NCBI RefSeq assembly: GCF_006345805.1
Contig: NC_043010.1
Location: 36,580,001 to 36,644,000 of the forward strand
Length of the DNA: 64,000 nucleotides
DNA from: Octopus sinensis
Taxonomy: Eukaryota
Reading direction: 5' to 3'
The translations under genes and the position numbers were made by a program. A model generated the notes under the pieces. The model was given only the letters and a program-made list of their open reading frames with translations. It ran no database searches and was not told the DNA's origin. Below, piece after piece: positions 1 to 12,249 of the stretch; position 1 is the first letter of the stretch, and every line of letters begins with the position of its first letter.

Positions 1-400
1 CTCTAGGGATAATCTAGGGATCCCACTGTCCGAGATTTCCCTGAACACCAGGAGCAAGTGCCCTCTCCGGTTCCTTCTCTTCGACTTAGAAGTCTACACT
101 TAGAGAGGTACCATCCACTCTTGCCATTCTCGCAGCTTTCACCCACCTTTTTAAAAAACTCACTCGAGGTCAGCACTTCTCCCTCCACTCTCAATTTCGT
201 TTTCAAGTGAAACTTGAAGAAGTCAATGAGAGCTCTACTAAAGAGGAATGTATCTGTACTCAAGCCTTTCGGCCTTGTACACCAGACAACCTCATTCGCC
301 ACAGCCTCCAAGCAAAGGAAAACTGCCTTGCCTGCCCGATTTATGGAGAGTAACAGTACAATCATCACTACAGATTCTGCCGATAGACGGATCCGTCCCA
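1..400 (-). mobile_element. LINE ORF2 C-terminus/3' UTR fragment, probably L1/Tx1-like
   Basis: Minus-strand peptide ..VANEVVWCTRPKGLSTDTFLFSRALIDFFKFHLKTKLRVE..; clearly homologous second copy at 31490-32280. Clade assignment is from recall of Tx1-type C-termini. Confidence 0.6.
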
Positions 401-574
401 TACGTGTTGGATTTCAAATTTTTGTATAAGGCCAGCAATTTTGGCCTCTTAATGTGCTCAAATGTACACTGTATTTTATATGAATAATATATAATCTATA
501 GACTAATATTTCTTTACGCTAGGCCAGTGGTAGTAAAAACTTCTAAAATCTTTATTACCTTGATATTATTAAGT

Positions 575-587
575 ATATATATATATG

Positions 588-674
<87 letters not shown>

Positions 675-692
675 ATATATATATATATATAT
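575..692. repeat. (TATC)n/(TA)n compound microsatellite
   Basis: Direct reading. Confidence 0.95.
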
Positions 693-804
693 AACGGGAA
701 GCTTTATGAAAATAAACAAAAGACGAAGGCAGGTGGAAAACAAACGAACAATTGTATTAGTATGGCGCTCAGGAAATATAAATAAAACAAGTCTTTATAT
801 ATAT

Positions 805-1096
805 AGGCGCAGGGGTGGCTGTGTGGTAAGTACCACATGGTTCCGGGTTCATTCCCACTGCGTGACACCTTGGGCATACCTTTGAGTAACCACCTAGCAA
901 CATGTGGCCGGAAAATGTATATAATATTTCCATTCTACAAATTACACAGCCCAAGCGAAATCGAGAGGAGAATCAGAGAAAAGAATTTTATTGATAAATT
1001 CGAACCCAGTCTACTACTATAGTCTCGGGCCGACCAAAGCCTCGTGAGTGGATTTAGTAGACGGAAACTGAAAGAAGCCCGTCGTATATATGTATA

Positions 1097-1138
<42 letters not shown>

Positions 1139-1389
1139 ATATATTATAATATATATATATATATGTATGTGTGTGTGTTGTGTGGTCTGTGTTTGTGTCC
1201 CCACCCCCAACATCGCTTGACAATCGATGGTGGTGTGTTTACGTTCCGTAACTTAACGGTTCGGCAAAAAGAGATCGATAGAATAAGTACTAAGCTTCCA
1301 AAGAATAAGTCCTGGGTCGATTTGGTCGACTAAAGGCAGTGCTCTAGCATGGCTGCAGTCAAATGACTGAAACAAGTAAAATAGTAAAG
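805..1389 (+). mobile_element. SINE family A (tRNA-like head, internal TA/TG microsatellite), interrupted by a PLE fragment
   Basis: Head aggcgcaggggtggctgtgtggtaag, body ggatttagtagacggaaactgaaagaagcccgtcg, tail aaatgactgaaacaagtaaaa; shared with more than 12 other copies in the window. Confidence 0.9.
877..1007 (+). mobile_element. Penelope-like GIY-YIG endonuclease C-terminal fragment inside SINE A
   Basis: Reads ..LSNHLATCGRKMYIIFPFYKLHSPSEIERRIREKNFIDKFEPSL, matching the R..RE..FI...P.LN end of PLE endonucleases. It interrupts the SINE between ccttgggca and agtct..actatag. Confidence 0.65.
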
Positions 1390-1391
1390 TA

Positions 1392-1438
<47 letters not shown>

Positions 1439-1662
1439 GGGTTATTTTGGTTATCGTATTTACAATCTTAAGTCCATTTTAGCAATAATTACGGAATTGT
1501 CCCTCCGAGAAAATAACAAATATAGAAGATTATTATTAAGCATATTTTATATAGCAAACAAATTTAAATAGATAAGAGTTGTAATAAGATGTAATTGTGT
1601 ATACAGTTTTTGTTGTTGTAGTTATACGTAGGAGAAGACTTAGATACTTAATTATATGCATT

Positions 1663-1709
<47 letters not shown>

Positions 1710-2156
1710 TTATATATATATATATATATATAATGTATGTTGTGATGACAAGAGACATAAAAGGATTTCAATTGTTATGTGTTTGAGATATAATGAAATG
1801 AATTTCTATGGTTGTGGATTGCACTTACTTGATTGTGTTGTTTTTTAAATTGTAATTGATGTCAGATTGAGTAGTTAACACTTACGCTCATAACACGGAC
1901 ATTTGAATTAATTTTTGACAATCCAGCCGTCCTTTCACACGGAATTTCATCTTTCTGAACCAAAGGCCTTGAAGAACTGTGAATATGTATATCAGAAAAA
2001 AATAAGTCGAAACAATTTGTTGAACTTTTACGGTTTTTATAATTATTTATGTAATACTATGTTATATATTGTATTCATAGCATTTAATGTAATATTGTAA
2101 TATAAATAAATAAATTATTGGATTGTCAATAGAATATCTCTCTACTTTAGTTATCT

Positions 2157-2195
<39 letters not shown>

Positions 2196-2198
<3 letters not shown>

Positions 2199-2500
2199 GA
2201 GGCGCAATAGCTCAGTGGTTAGGGCAGCGGACTCGCGGTCGTAGGATCGCGGTTTCGATTCCCAGACCGGGCGTTGTGAATGTTTATTGAGAGAAAACAC
2301 CTAAAGCTCCACGACGCTCCGGCAGGGTGTGGTGGCGATCACGGCTGTACTCTTTCGTCGCAACTTTCTGTCACTCTTTCTTCTGTTGGCCTGCTCGCTA
2401 GCAAGCGGGGTGGCGTCATTTGAAGGTTAAAACAATGCGAAGCGCATTGTGACCAGCGATGTGTAGCAACATCTGATAGCCTTGTCGGTCACGTGATCAC
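2196..2500 (+). mobile_element. SINE family C variant (tRNA head)
   Basis: gtggaggcgcaatagctcagtggttagggcagcggactcgcgg..ggtttcgattccc (A and B boxes); the head matches 17790 and 63908. Confidence 0.9.
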
Positions 2501-2514
2501 GATATATATATATA

Positions 2515-3190
2515 TATACTAACAGATGGTGAACATACAGAACAACCGTAGGTTTGCCGTGTCTCCAAAACATGTACCAAGAGTTATAAAGACCAAACAT
2601 CAACATCATGGTACTTGGAGTGATCACTAGTGATAACGAAGTCATACCTCCATTCGTCATTAAACACGGACTTAGATTCAGCTCGGAGACGTACATCAAG
2701 TGACTGGAGGAGGTAGTGCTACCCTGTGTGAAGAGGGTGGCTGCTAGAAGACCCTATGTCTGGCAACAGGACGCTGCACCATGCCATATAAGCAAGAGAA
2801 CCCAGTCATGGCTGTTAGGCAATTTCTGTGACTACATCACCCTTAACAACTTGCTACCTAACTCCCCACACAGCAATCCCCTTGATTATTATTTGGGGCG
2901 CAGTTGAACGGGAGACCAACAAAACTCCTTGTAACACCAAAGATGACCTGAAGGCAAGAATTATAGCAGCGTTCACCAACTTAAACAAGGAGCCTGTCCA
3001 GAGTGTTGCAGGAGATTCCGAAGTCATTTGAAGGCCATGGTTGAAGCCAATGGCGATTTTATTGAATAAATTTACTCTTTAGTATTTCAAGATATTTTCA
3101 TGTAATCTGTGTAAATATATCTGTTAAAATGAGGTGTCAGTGTTATATTCATTTTTGGCTAATTTAAACAATATATTAACCGCATCCTAT
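2515..3190 (+). mobile_element. Decayed Tc1/mariner transposase 3' part, DD37D (maT-type)
   Basis: YVWQQDAAPCH..PNSPHSNPLDY with 37 residues between the 2nd and 3rd Asp; frameshifted continuation WGAVERETNKTPCNTKDDLKARI. Confidence 0.85.
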
Positions 3191-3217
3191 AAATATATAT
3201 ATATATATATAATATGT

Positions 3218-3282
<65 letters not shown>

Positions 3283-3659
3283 GTATGTAAGTGTATGTAT
3301 GTATATGTATGTACTTATATAACATATATATATATATGTTATATAAGTACATATATGTACATATATACATACACACACATGCATTTATATATTATTTATA
3401 CAGAAAGACATATACATACAATACATTCACTTGCACCCCCCCCCCCACATATACACGCTCACACATGCACACCCAACCATACCGTAGACATACATGGAAA
3501 TATGCATAGTTACGGACAAGCACTCATAGAGGGTGAACACCCACATACATATTCATAAACAAAGACGCGAAGACACGCACACACACACACATACAATCAA
3601 TACATTCCTCACCAAACGCATACACACCCACACACAGTCCCAAACACACAGACGTACAC

Positions 3660-4710
3660 AAGCGAAAACACACACACACAAGCCCAAACACACACACACA
3701 CACACACACACAAAGCCTAAACACACGCACACACACAAGCCCAAACACACACATACACAAGCCCAAATACACATACAAGCCCAAACATACACACACACAA
3801 GCCCAAACACACACAAGCCCACCACACACACACACCAAACCACACACAACCACAAGCCCACACGCACACACAAGCCCAAACACACACACACAGCCCAAAA
3901 AAAAAACACACCCAAGCCCACACACCACACACACACAGCCCAAAACACACACACACAAGCCCAACCCACACACACACAACACACACACAAGCTAAACACG
4001 CACACACAAGCCCAAACACACACACGAGCCCAAAACACACACACACACAAGCCAAAACACAACATACACAAGCCCAAATCCACATAACAGCCCAAACAAA
4101 CACACAACAAGCCAACACACACACCAAGCCCAAACACACACACACACAAACCCAAACACACACACACACAAGCCCACAAACACACACACAAGCCCAAACA
4201 CGCACACACAAGCCCAAACACACACACACACAAAACCAAACACACACACACAAGCCCAAACACGCACACACAAGCCCAAACACACACACACACAAGCCCA
4301 AACACACACACACACACAAGCCAAAACACACACACACAGCCCAAACAGACACACAAGCCAAAACACACACATACACAAGCCCAAATACACATACAAGCCC
4401 AAACACACACACACACAAGCCCTAACACACACACAAGCCCAAACACACACACACACAAACCCAAACACACACACACACGCCCAAACAAACACACACACAA
4501 GCCCAAACACACACACACACAACCCAAACACACACACACAAGCCCAAACAAACACACACACAAGCCCAAACACACACACACACACAAGCCAAAACACACA
4601 CACACAGCCCAAACAGACACACAACCCCAAACAGCCACAGACATACACGAGCCAAAACACACACACACAAGCCCAAACACACTCACACAAGCCCAAACAC
4701 ACACACACAT
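3660..4710. repeat. Minisatellite of AAGCCCAAA + (CA)n units, ~20-25 bp
   Basis: Dozens of aagcccaaacacacac units with variable CA length. Confidence 0.95.
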
Positions 4711-5254
4711 GCTGTACAACGACGCACAGACACTTCATCCGGCAAACACACTCTAAAATATAATGAAGTATATATAAATATAGTTTTTCAATTTCAATTT
4801 TTAATTTCAATCTCAGTTTTTAATTTTCTCTTTCTCAGGACGTTATTTATTTCTGGAACCACTAATTGCTTTATTCCACTTGAAACCACTAATGTCTACT
4901 TGGATCTCTCCACCTCGTTGCAAACCTTGCATTCTTCACAATTCGACATTTTTCATTGCGATTATCAATAGGACAGACTACACACCCGCCATAAAAGTGG
5001 TTGTCCGTCACAGGCAAATAGCATTTTGGGTTTCCCCTTATCCATCTTGTCCACACTTATTCCTTTATCCACACTAATAGTTCTCTGCAAGGGTATTTAA
5101 TTTCAAAGGTCTTGCACACATAACTATAATCTTTTATCTTTTACTTGGTTCAGCCTTTTAGATTGTGGCCATGCTGGGGCATCAGCTTAAAGGGTTTAGT
5201 CGAAAAATCGATCCCAGTACTTAGCTTTTTAAGCTTGTATTTATTCCTATTTCT

Positions 5255-5592
5255 TTATTGGCCACAAGGGGTACAAAGTCGACCTCGGTGGAATTTGAAC
5301 TCAGAACGTAGCGGCAAGCGAAATACTGTTAAGCATTTCGCCCGGGGTCCGAACGTTTCTTATTTCTTTATTGCCCACAAGGGACTAAACATAGAGGAGA
5401 CAAACAAGGACAGACAAACGGATTAAGTCGATTACATCGACCCCAGTGCATAACTGGTACTTAATTTATCGACCCCGAAAGGATGAAAGGCAAAGTCGAC
5501 CTCGGCGTAATTTGAACTCAGAACGTAACGGCAGACTAAATACCGCTAGGCATTTCGCCCGGCGTGCTAACGCTTCTGCCAGCTCGCCGCCA
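5255..5592 (-). mobile_element. SINE family B, two joined units
   Basis: gtcgacctcggcgtaatttgaactcagaacgtaac..ttctgccagctcgccgcc (reverse of tRNA-like head). Confidence 0.9.
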
Positions 5593-5927
5593 TTCTCACC
5601 AGCTTAATAATACACAACCCAATATACACGCACACAAGGCACACATACCGAAGACAAATACACAGACACACACACACACACATACACGTAAAGACATGCG
5701 TTCACAAGGACAGATTCAGCAGAAATACAAAATGGTGAAGTTGAATTCATCGGGGTTTGAACCCGGAGCGTAGAGAACAATTATGCTAGTTCGCCACCTT
5801 ATTTCTTCGCACAGACACAGACACACATACATGCAGACATAGTATAAATTGTAATCATAATCTTTTTTTATATTTCACGCTGGCCACTTGATAAAAATCA
5901 CTAAAGTGGGTTTTTTTATCTTTAATT

Positions 5928-6392
5928 TTGTTTAAATATGTGTGTGAGACCAAACTCAACATTAAGATTGTTGAAAAGCCAGGGAACTCCGTCAGATCAC
6001 TACTATGTAGGACGTACTCCTTTGAGAATACCATATGCACCTATGATAACTGCATGGTATGTAGGATTAACCCTGGCATTAACTGTAGAACTAGAAATGT
6101 AGTTTACAGCATAAGATGCACAGAAGGTGCTTGTAAGGACATGAACATGACGTACATAGGGGAGACATCTAGGAGCATAGCGGAACGAATCAATGACACA
6201 TCTGGGATAATATGACGACAAAAACAGTCTTCCATACTCTATCAACATGCCAAAGACCACCATGGAGGCAACTTGGGTCAACTTGACATCCGCGTCTCAT
6301 CCAAGCACCCAAAAGACCCAACACTCAGACAAATACGGGAGTACGTCCTTATAAATGAAACCTCCCCAAAACTAAATAGGAAATATACATAG
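5928..6392 (+). mobile_element. Penelope-like element, Zn-binding linker + GIY-YIG endonuclease, frameshifted
   Basis: CTYDNCMVC..CRTRNVVYSIRC..YIGETSRSIAERI, then after a frameshift QSSILYQHAKDHH..TLRQIREYVLINETSPKLNRKYT* (TAG 6390-6392). Confidence 0.88.
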
Positions 6393-6719
6393 TAGATATC
6401 ATACCTCCATACTCACAATTTACACATGTAGAGTAGAATAGTTAGTGGACTGTTATGTAGATTTATGTAGATAGATGTATTTATGTGTGTGTGTGTGTGG
6501 GGGGGGGTGAGTGTGTGTGTATGCACATCTATTTTTTTTTTTGTATGTAAGCATATAGATATGAAAATAAACAGATCAACATACAGACGGACAGGTACAT
6601 AGGTTATAAGAACAGACAAGCACACATACGCAAATGGACACTGACACACATGACCATATATATATACACACACTTTACTCCACACAAGGACACATATAGA
6701 GACACGGATCCACACATAT

Positions 6720-6955
6720 ATATTTCTTTATTGCCCACAAGGAGCTAAACACAGAGGGGGACAAACAAGGACAGACAAAGGGGTTAAGTCGATTACATCG
6801 ACCCCAGTGCGAAATTTGTACTTTATTTATCGACCCCGAAAGGATGAAAGGCAAAGTCGACCTCGGCGGAATTTGAACTCAGAAGGTAACGACACACGAA
6901 ATACTGCTAAGCATTTCGCCCGGCACGCTAACGTTTCTGCCAGCTCGCCGCTCTT
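6720..6955 (-). mobile_element. SINE family B monomer
   Basis: Full tail (tatttctttattgcccacaagg) through head (gccagctcgccgc). Confidence 0.9.
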
Positions 6956-7146
6956 TATAGAGATGCACTTCCATACATACAAATATGGTACATCGTTGCA
7001 AAACACATAAACACACACAGGCATGCACACACAAAGAGACAGAGGTACATACATATACAAACACACGCTCATACACACATACATAGAAAATGCGCACAAA
7101 CACGGACATGCAAGCACATGAATATACAGGATACATACATACAGAT

Positions 7147-7201
<55 letters not shown>

Positions 7202-7454
7202 TACATACACATGCATACATACATTCGTACATACATGCATTCATAGGCACACACACACACACTGACCCACACACATGCGCACCAACAAACAAAAAGGAAC
7301 GCAGTGTAAATAACGGACATAGTCAACACTATTGAAACGGTTGAAAGACGCAACAAAAATTTTAGGAAAATAAAAATATAAAATAAGTGGAAATTTTACC
7401 GGTGTGTGTGTTACATATAAGGCACAAAAAGAAAATGACTCTCCCCAGGACAAA

Positions 7455-7945
<491 letters not shown>

Positions 7946-8447
7946 TACGTAAATAGGCATATCCATATATGTCTACACGCGCATACACAGATGTCTTTTA
8001 GTGCGTCGGGTGGGATGTTTGTGGGTGGGATGTGCGACAATACATTAAAGGAATTAATTCGATGAAAGAAATGCTATATATTTTTCTAGGTATTACTGTT
8101 TTACTTTCTTTTTCAAAGAAAATAAAAGAATTTTAAGTAGAATGAAAATATGCAAGGAAACATATCAAAAACAACAAAAAGACCACGTTTTATTTCACAT
8201 CCGGATTACGTAATATACTGATTGAACTCACACTGTTCTTCACCGATGATGATAGCATTTTTCCCACGTCGTAGCACACTACGATTCTGGTGAATCACTT
8301 CATTTTAGCCTTTCTTTTACTTCCCATATCTGAATGCTTGATTTTTCCAGAATCATTCTTTCATTTTCTCGCCATGTATGTATATATATATACATATATA
8401 TATACATTATATGTGTGTAAATATATGTATATATATATATATATATA

Positions 8448-8486
<39 letters not shown>

Positions 8487-8514
8487 TAATATATATATAT
8501 ACTACATATATATA

Positions 8515-8732
8515 TACTCTTACTCTTTTACTTGTTTCAGTCATATGACTGTGGCCATGTTGGAGCACCGCCTTTAGTCGAGCAACTCGACCCCGGGACT
8601 TATCTTTGTAGCCCATCGGTCTTCTATCGGTCTCTTTTGCCGAACCGCTAAGTTACGGGGACATATACACACCAGCATCGGTTGTCAAGCAATGGTAGGG
8701 GGACAAACACAGACACACAAACACACACACAA

Positions 8733-8770
<38 letters not shown>

Positions 8771-8921
8771 GACGGGCTTCTTTCAGTTTCGTCTACCAAG
8801 TCCACTCACAAGGCTTTGGTCGGCCCGAGGCTATAGTAAAAGACACTTGCCCAAGGTGCCACGCAGTGGGACTGAACCCGGAACCATGTGGTTGGTAAGC
8901 AAGCTACTTACCACACAGCCA
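8515..8921 (-). mobile_element. SINE family A
   Basis: Reverse complement of the family A tail, body and head. Confidence 0.9.
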
Positions 8922-9034
8922 ATGCAAGTTATAAATACACACATTTTTTTTTATTAGGACGACTGGTGAAATCCCGGTTTAAAAATAGTTTGCCTTGTGG
9001 GTAATTTCGAAACAGCTATTATTAGTATTACTAC

Positions 9035-9620
9035 ACATACCTTAGCGAAGGTCGGAGGTAATGTTTTCAGCCGTGTTTGTTTGCTTTTTTGTTTTTCCGT
9101 GGACAAGATATCTCAAGAATCGCTGGATGGCTTCGGATGAAACTTTCAGGAACGATTGACCTCATGACTGGCACGAGCTGATGAGATTTTGGGATCGGTC
9201 CGGTACTGGACAAGACTTCTGGATTATTTGTTATATTTATTTTACGATCTTAAGTTAACTTTTAAGTCTACCTTATTTATCTCCCTTTAGGCTGTAAATA
9301 TTTTGAATGGTGAATTTGTCAATTTTGGCTTGTAGTAGATGAAGTCAAACTAATCATTACTGTTACTAAATTTTCTACAGCTATATTCACATGCTAATAC
9401 TACCATTGGGATCGATCGGGTACCGGACAAGTATTCGGGATTATCTTTCCGGTTTTCTTTTTTACTTAATTTTTGAGAGCGGTCGATTTCATTTTTAATA
9501 TTCTCGTTTGTGAGAGCAGTCGAGTTTATTTCAGATATTCTGATTTTAAAATCATCTCTGGCTAATTGTTGAGAGGACATTGGTGTTGCCTTTTGCAGAG
9601 GTTTGCGCTCTCTGAGTGCT
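9035..9620 (+). mobile_element. Helentron/HINE-like non-autonomous element
   Basis: 5' degenerate palindrome ..gcgaaggtcggaggtaatgttttcagccgtgtttgtttg, 3' end gcagaggtttgcgctctctgagtgct; homologous to 47120-47458. Confidence 0.65.
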
Positions 9621-10520
9621 GTTGTTGTTGTTATTATTATTATCATTATTATTGCTGTTGTTATTATTATTATTATTATTATTATTTAGTGAGAGAGCAG
9701 TGCATGCCATCAAAGTGACACTAGGGTAAAATATACGAAGCCCAGTATAACCATCATGACTACCCGTCTAATAAGGGTACACCAGGCACATGCATCACAA
9801 CCATATATCCACAACATGGTGATCTCATATCAAGATAAACAGCGCAAGATCTTGCAGGTGGGGGCCCAGTTAGAATTTTCTTCAGGTCGAGTAGCCCATC
9901 CCACTCAAAAGGTCCATGAATAAAGGTTGTTTAAGGATTTTGAACGAAACACCCATGTTTCTAGCGCTGAATTATTCAAACCCAAAATAATTCTTCTCAA
10001 CAAATGGCTTTGATGCTTCACTACTATATCCGCTCGTGATCAGAAATGCACATATTGTCAACCACAAAAGGACATGCTCATATGGTCAAAATCAAACAAC
10101 GGTTTTGTACTGTTTATCAAGACACAACAAGGCCCTCAGACAGACAGTACTTTACGCAAGTTGCGTACAGCTCCAAGTAATGCCGACTTTTGCAATACAT
10201 GAGATTGTAGGGTATTTCTAAGGTTTTCAGATGTTTTTTTCTGTTTGGGTGGTAGTGACCCCAATGCTCCGGTGACAATAGGGATAGCCTTTACATTTGA
10301 CTCTCGTAGCTACCACATCTTTGCGATCTCAATTCTCAGGTCTCCATATTTATCAACCTTTTCTCTTTTTTTCATGATGATATTTTGATTTCCTGGCACT
10401 GCCACGTCAGTTATTAGACACTCATGTTTGTCCCTCCTAAAGGTTACTATATCTGGCCGTCGGTGCTCTAACTCCCTGTCTGTTTGGAAATCGAAGTCCC
10501 AGAGGAATTTTACCAGAGAA
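9620..10520 (-). mobile_element. 5'-truncated RLE-type non-LTR retrotransposon (R4/Dong-like) with (TAA)n tail
   Basis: WDFDFQTDRELEHRRPDIV..CLITDVAVPG..KREKVDKYGDLRIEIAKMW*..IPIVTGALGS is a PD-(D/E)xK restriction-like endonuclease; 3' UTR ~10110-9700, then a (TAA)n run at 9625-9690. Confidence 0.8.
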
Positions 10521-10899
10521 GACCTTCTTTCATTGCACGATTTTGTCAACGAACAACACTTGGCGAATTCCTTCACAAGCACTATGTACTTATCAGGGAA
10601 TTTAAAAAAAAAAGAATTCAAAATACGAAGATAGATCCCACGTTGCTTTTTGTCGAGAATCTTTTTAATTAATTAATCATGCATTTGCAAGACACCATCT
10701 TAGCTAGATACAGACCTGTCCCTCACACGCCTCTAGATACTCAACATAAAGGACTGAAATACATACAGCCAAGTGTTCTTTTTGTTTTATGTTCTAACAA
10801 TTATGCCTATACTCCAACCTGGATTGTTACTTTATTATATCGACCCGGAAAGGACGAAATGCACAGATGACTAAGGTGTGATTTGAATTCAGAACGTAA

Positions 10900-11895
10900 A
10901 GAAATATGGTAACGAAAGGGTTAAAGTGATTTGAATTAAAGCCTTCCATTAAAATTTCATATATGGTCCAAACACCAGTTTAATAGTCCTTTCTGCTAAA
11001 GGCACAAGGTCTGAAATTTTTTGGTGGGGTGGGGGCTAGTAGATTACATCGACCCAAGTGCATCACTGGTACTTAATTTATCGGCCTCGAAAGTAAGGTA
11101 AAGTCGACCAGGGTGGAATTTGAACTCAGAACGTAGCAGCAGACGAAATACTCTCAAGCATTTCACCCGGCGTGCTAACATTTCTGCCAGTTCGCCGCCT
11201 TTAAACACCTGCTAAATATCTTTTCTACTCTAGGCACAGGGCCCGAAATTTTGGGAGAGGGGGAAGTCGATTAGATCGACACCAGTGCGCAACTGGTACT
11301 TGATTTATCGATCCCGAAAGGATGAAAGGCAAAGTTGACCTCGGCTGAATTTGAACTCAGAACGTAAAGACAGACGAAATACCTATTTCTATCTCTTTAC
11401 TACCTACAAGGGGCTAAACACAGAGAGGGCAAACAAAGACAGACAAATGGATTAAGTCGATTATATCGACCCCAGTGCGTAACTGGTACTTAATTTATCG
11501 ACCCCGAAAGGATGAAAGGCGAAGTCGACCTCGGCGTAATTTGAACTCAGAACGTAACGGCAGACGAAATACCACTAAACATTTCGCCCGGCGTGTTAAC
11601 GCTTCTGCCAGCTCTCCGCCTTTAAACACCAGTTTAAATTCTTCTAAATTCTTACTAAATTCTTCATTTATTTCGAAATTAATTTGAACTAAGTCAGTGT
11701 ATTTCAACAGAAATACGGTAACGAAAAAGTTAGACTATCTAATTTAAAACCTTCCATTAAAATTTCATTTTAATTTATGATCCAGACACCAGACTAATAA
11801 CGATAAAGTTGTCTTACTAAATTCTTCTCTGTTTTCAAAATTAATTGGAACAAAGACAGAGTATTTCAACAGAAATATGGTAACGGAAGGATTAA
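10900..11895. repeat. AT-rich ~160 bp tandem-unit repeat, interrupted by a SINE B cluster
   Basis: aaatatggtaacgaa / ccttccattaaaatttca / gtatttcaacag recur at ~10900, ~11715 and ~11875. Confidence 0.7.
10985..11623 (-). mobile_element. Cluster of three SINE family B units
   Basis: Three head/body copies; flanked by the direct repeat aaacaccagtttaa (10971-10984 and 11624-11637), a TSD candidate. Confidence 0.85.
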
Positions 11896-12249
11896 GCAGC
11901 TATAGAAATACCGAAGCGACAATCCACAATACTCCTTCAGCCATAAGTGTATTGGACAGAGGCTCACTTGAGGCTAAATCACATCAGCTGCAACAGTAAA
12001 TTCTTCACTATTTTGTTATTGAATGAAGCAGTAGCAGAAATACCATATCGGCATTCCACAACACTTATTCATTCTTCAAACATCTAAATTCAATAACAAC
12101 AGATTAACCATTCTTTCAAAACTACGTGCTTTTCTTTTTCTTTTTTCTCTGCTTGGTATTCTTTTTATATATTTATTTATCAATAATTGTTTTTTGTTAT
12201 TTTCAATGCTGGAATTTTATTTTAATTTTCATTTCCTTCATGTGGAAAT

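Noticed and set aside
2196-2270. tRNA genes at SINE heads (also 17790, 38211, 63908 and others)
   Set aside because: A/B boxes are present, but acceptor stems do not close and each head runs into a shared SINE body.
8231-8285. Possible 55-nt minus-strand exon with a GTGAGT donor
   Set aside because: The acceptor lacks a pyrimidine tract, and the peptide is unrecognisable.
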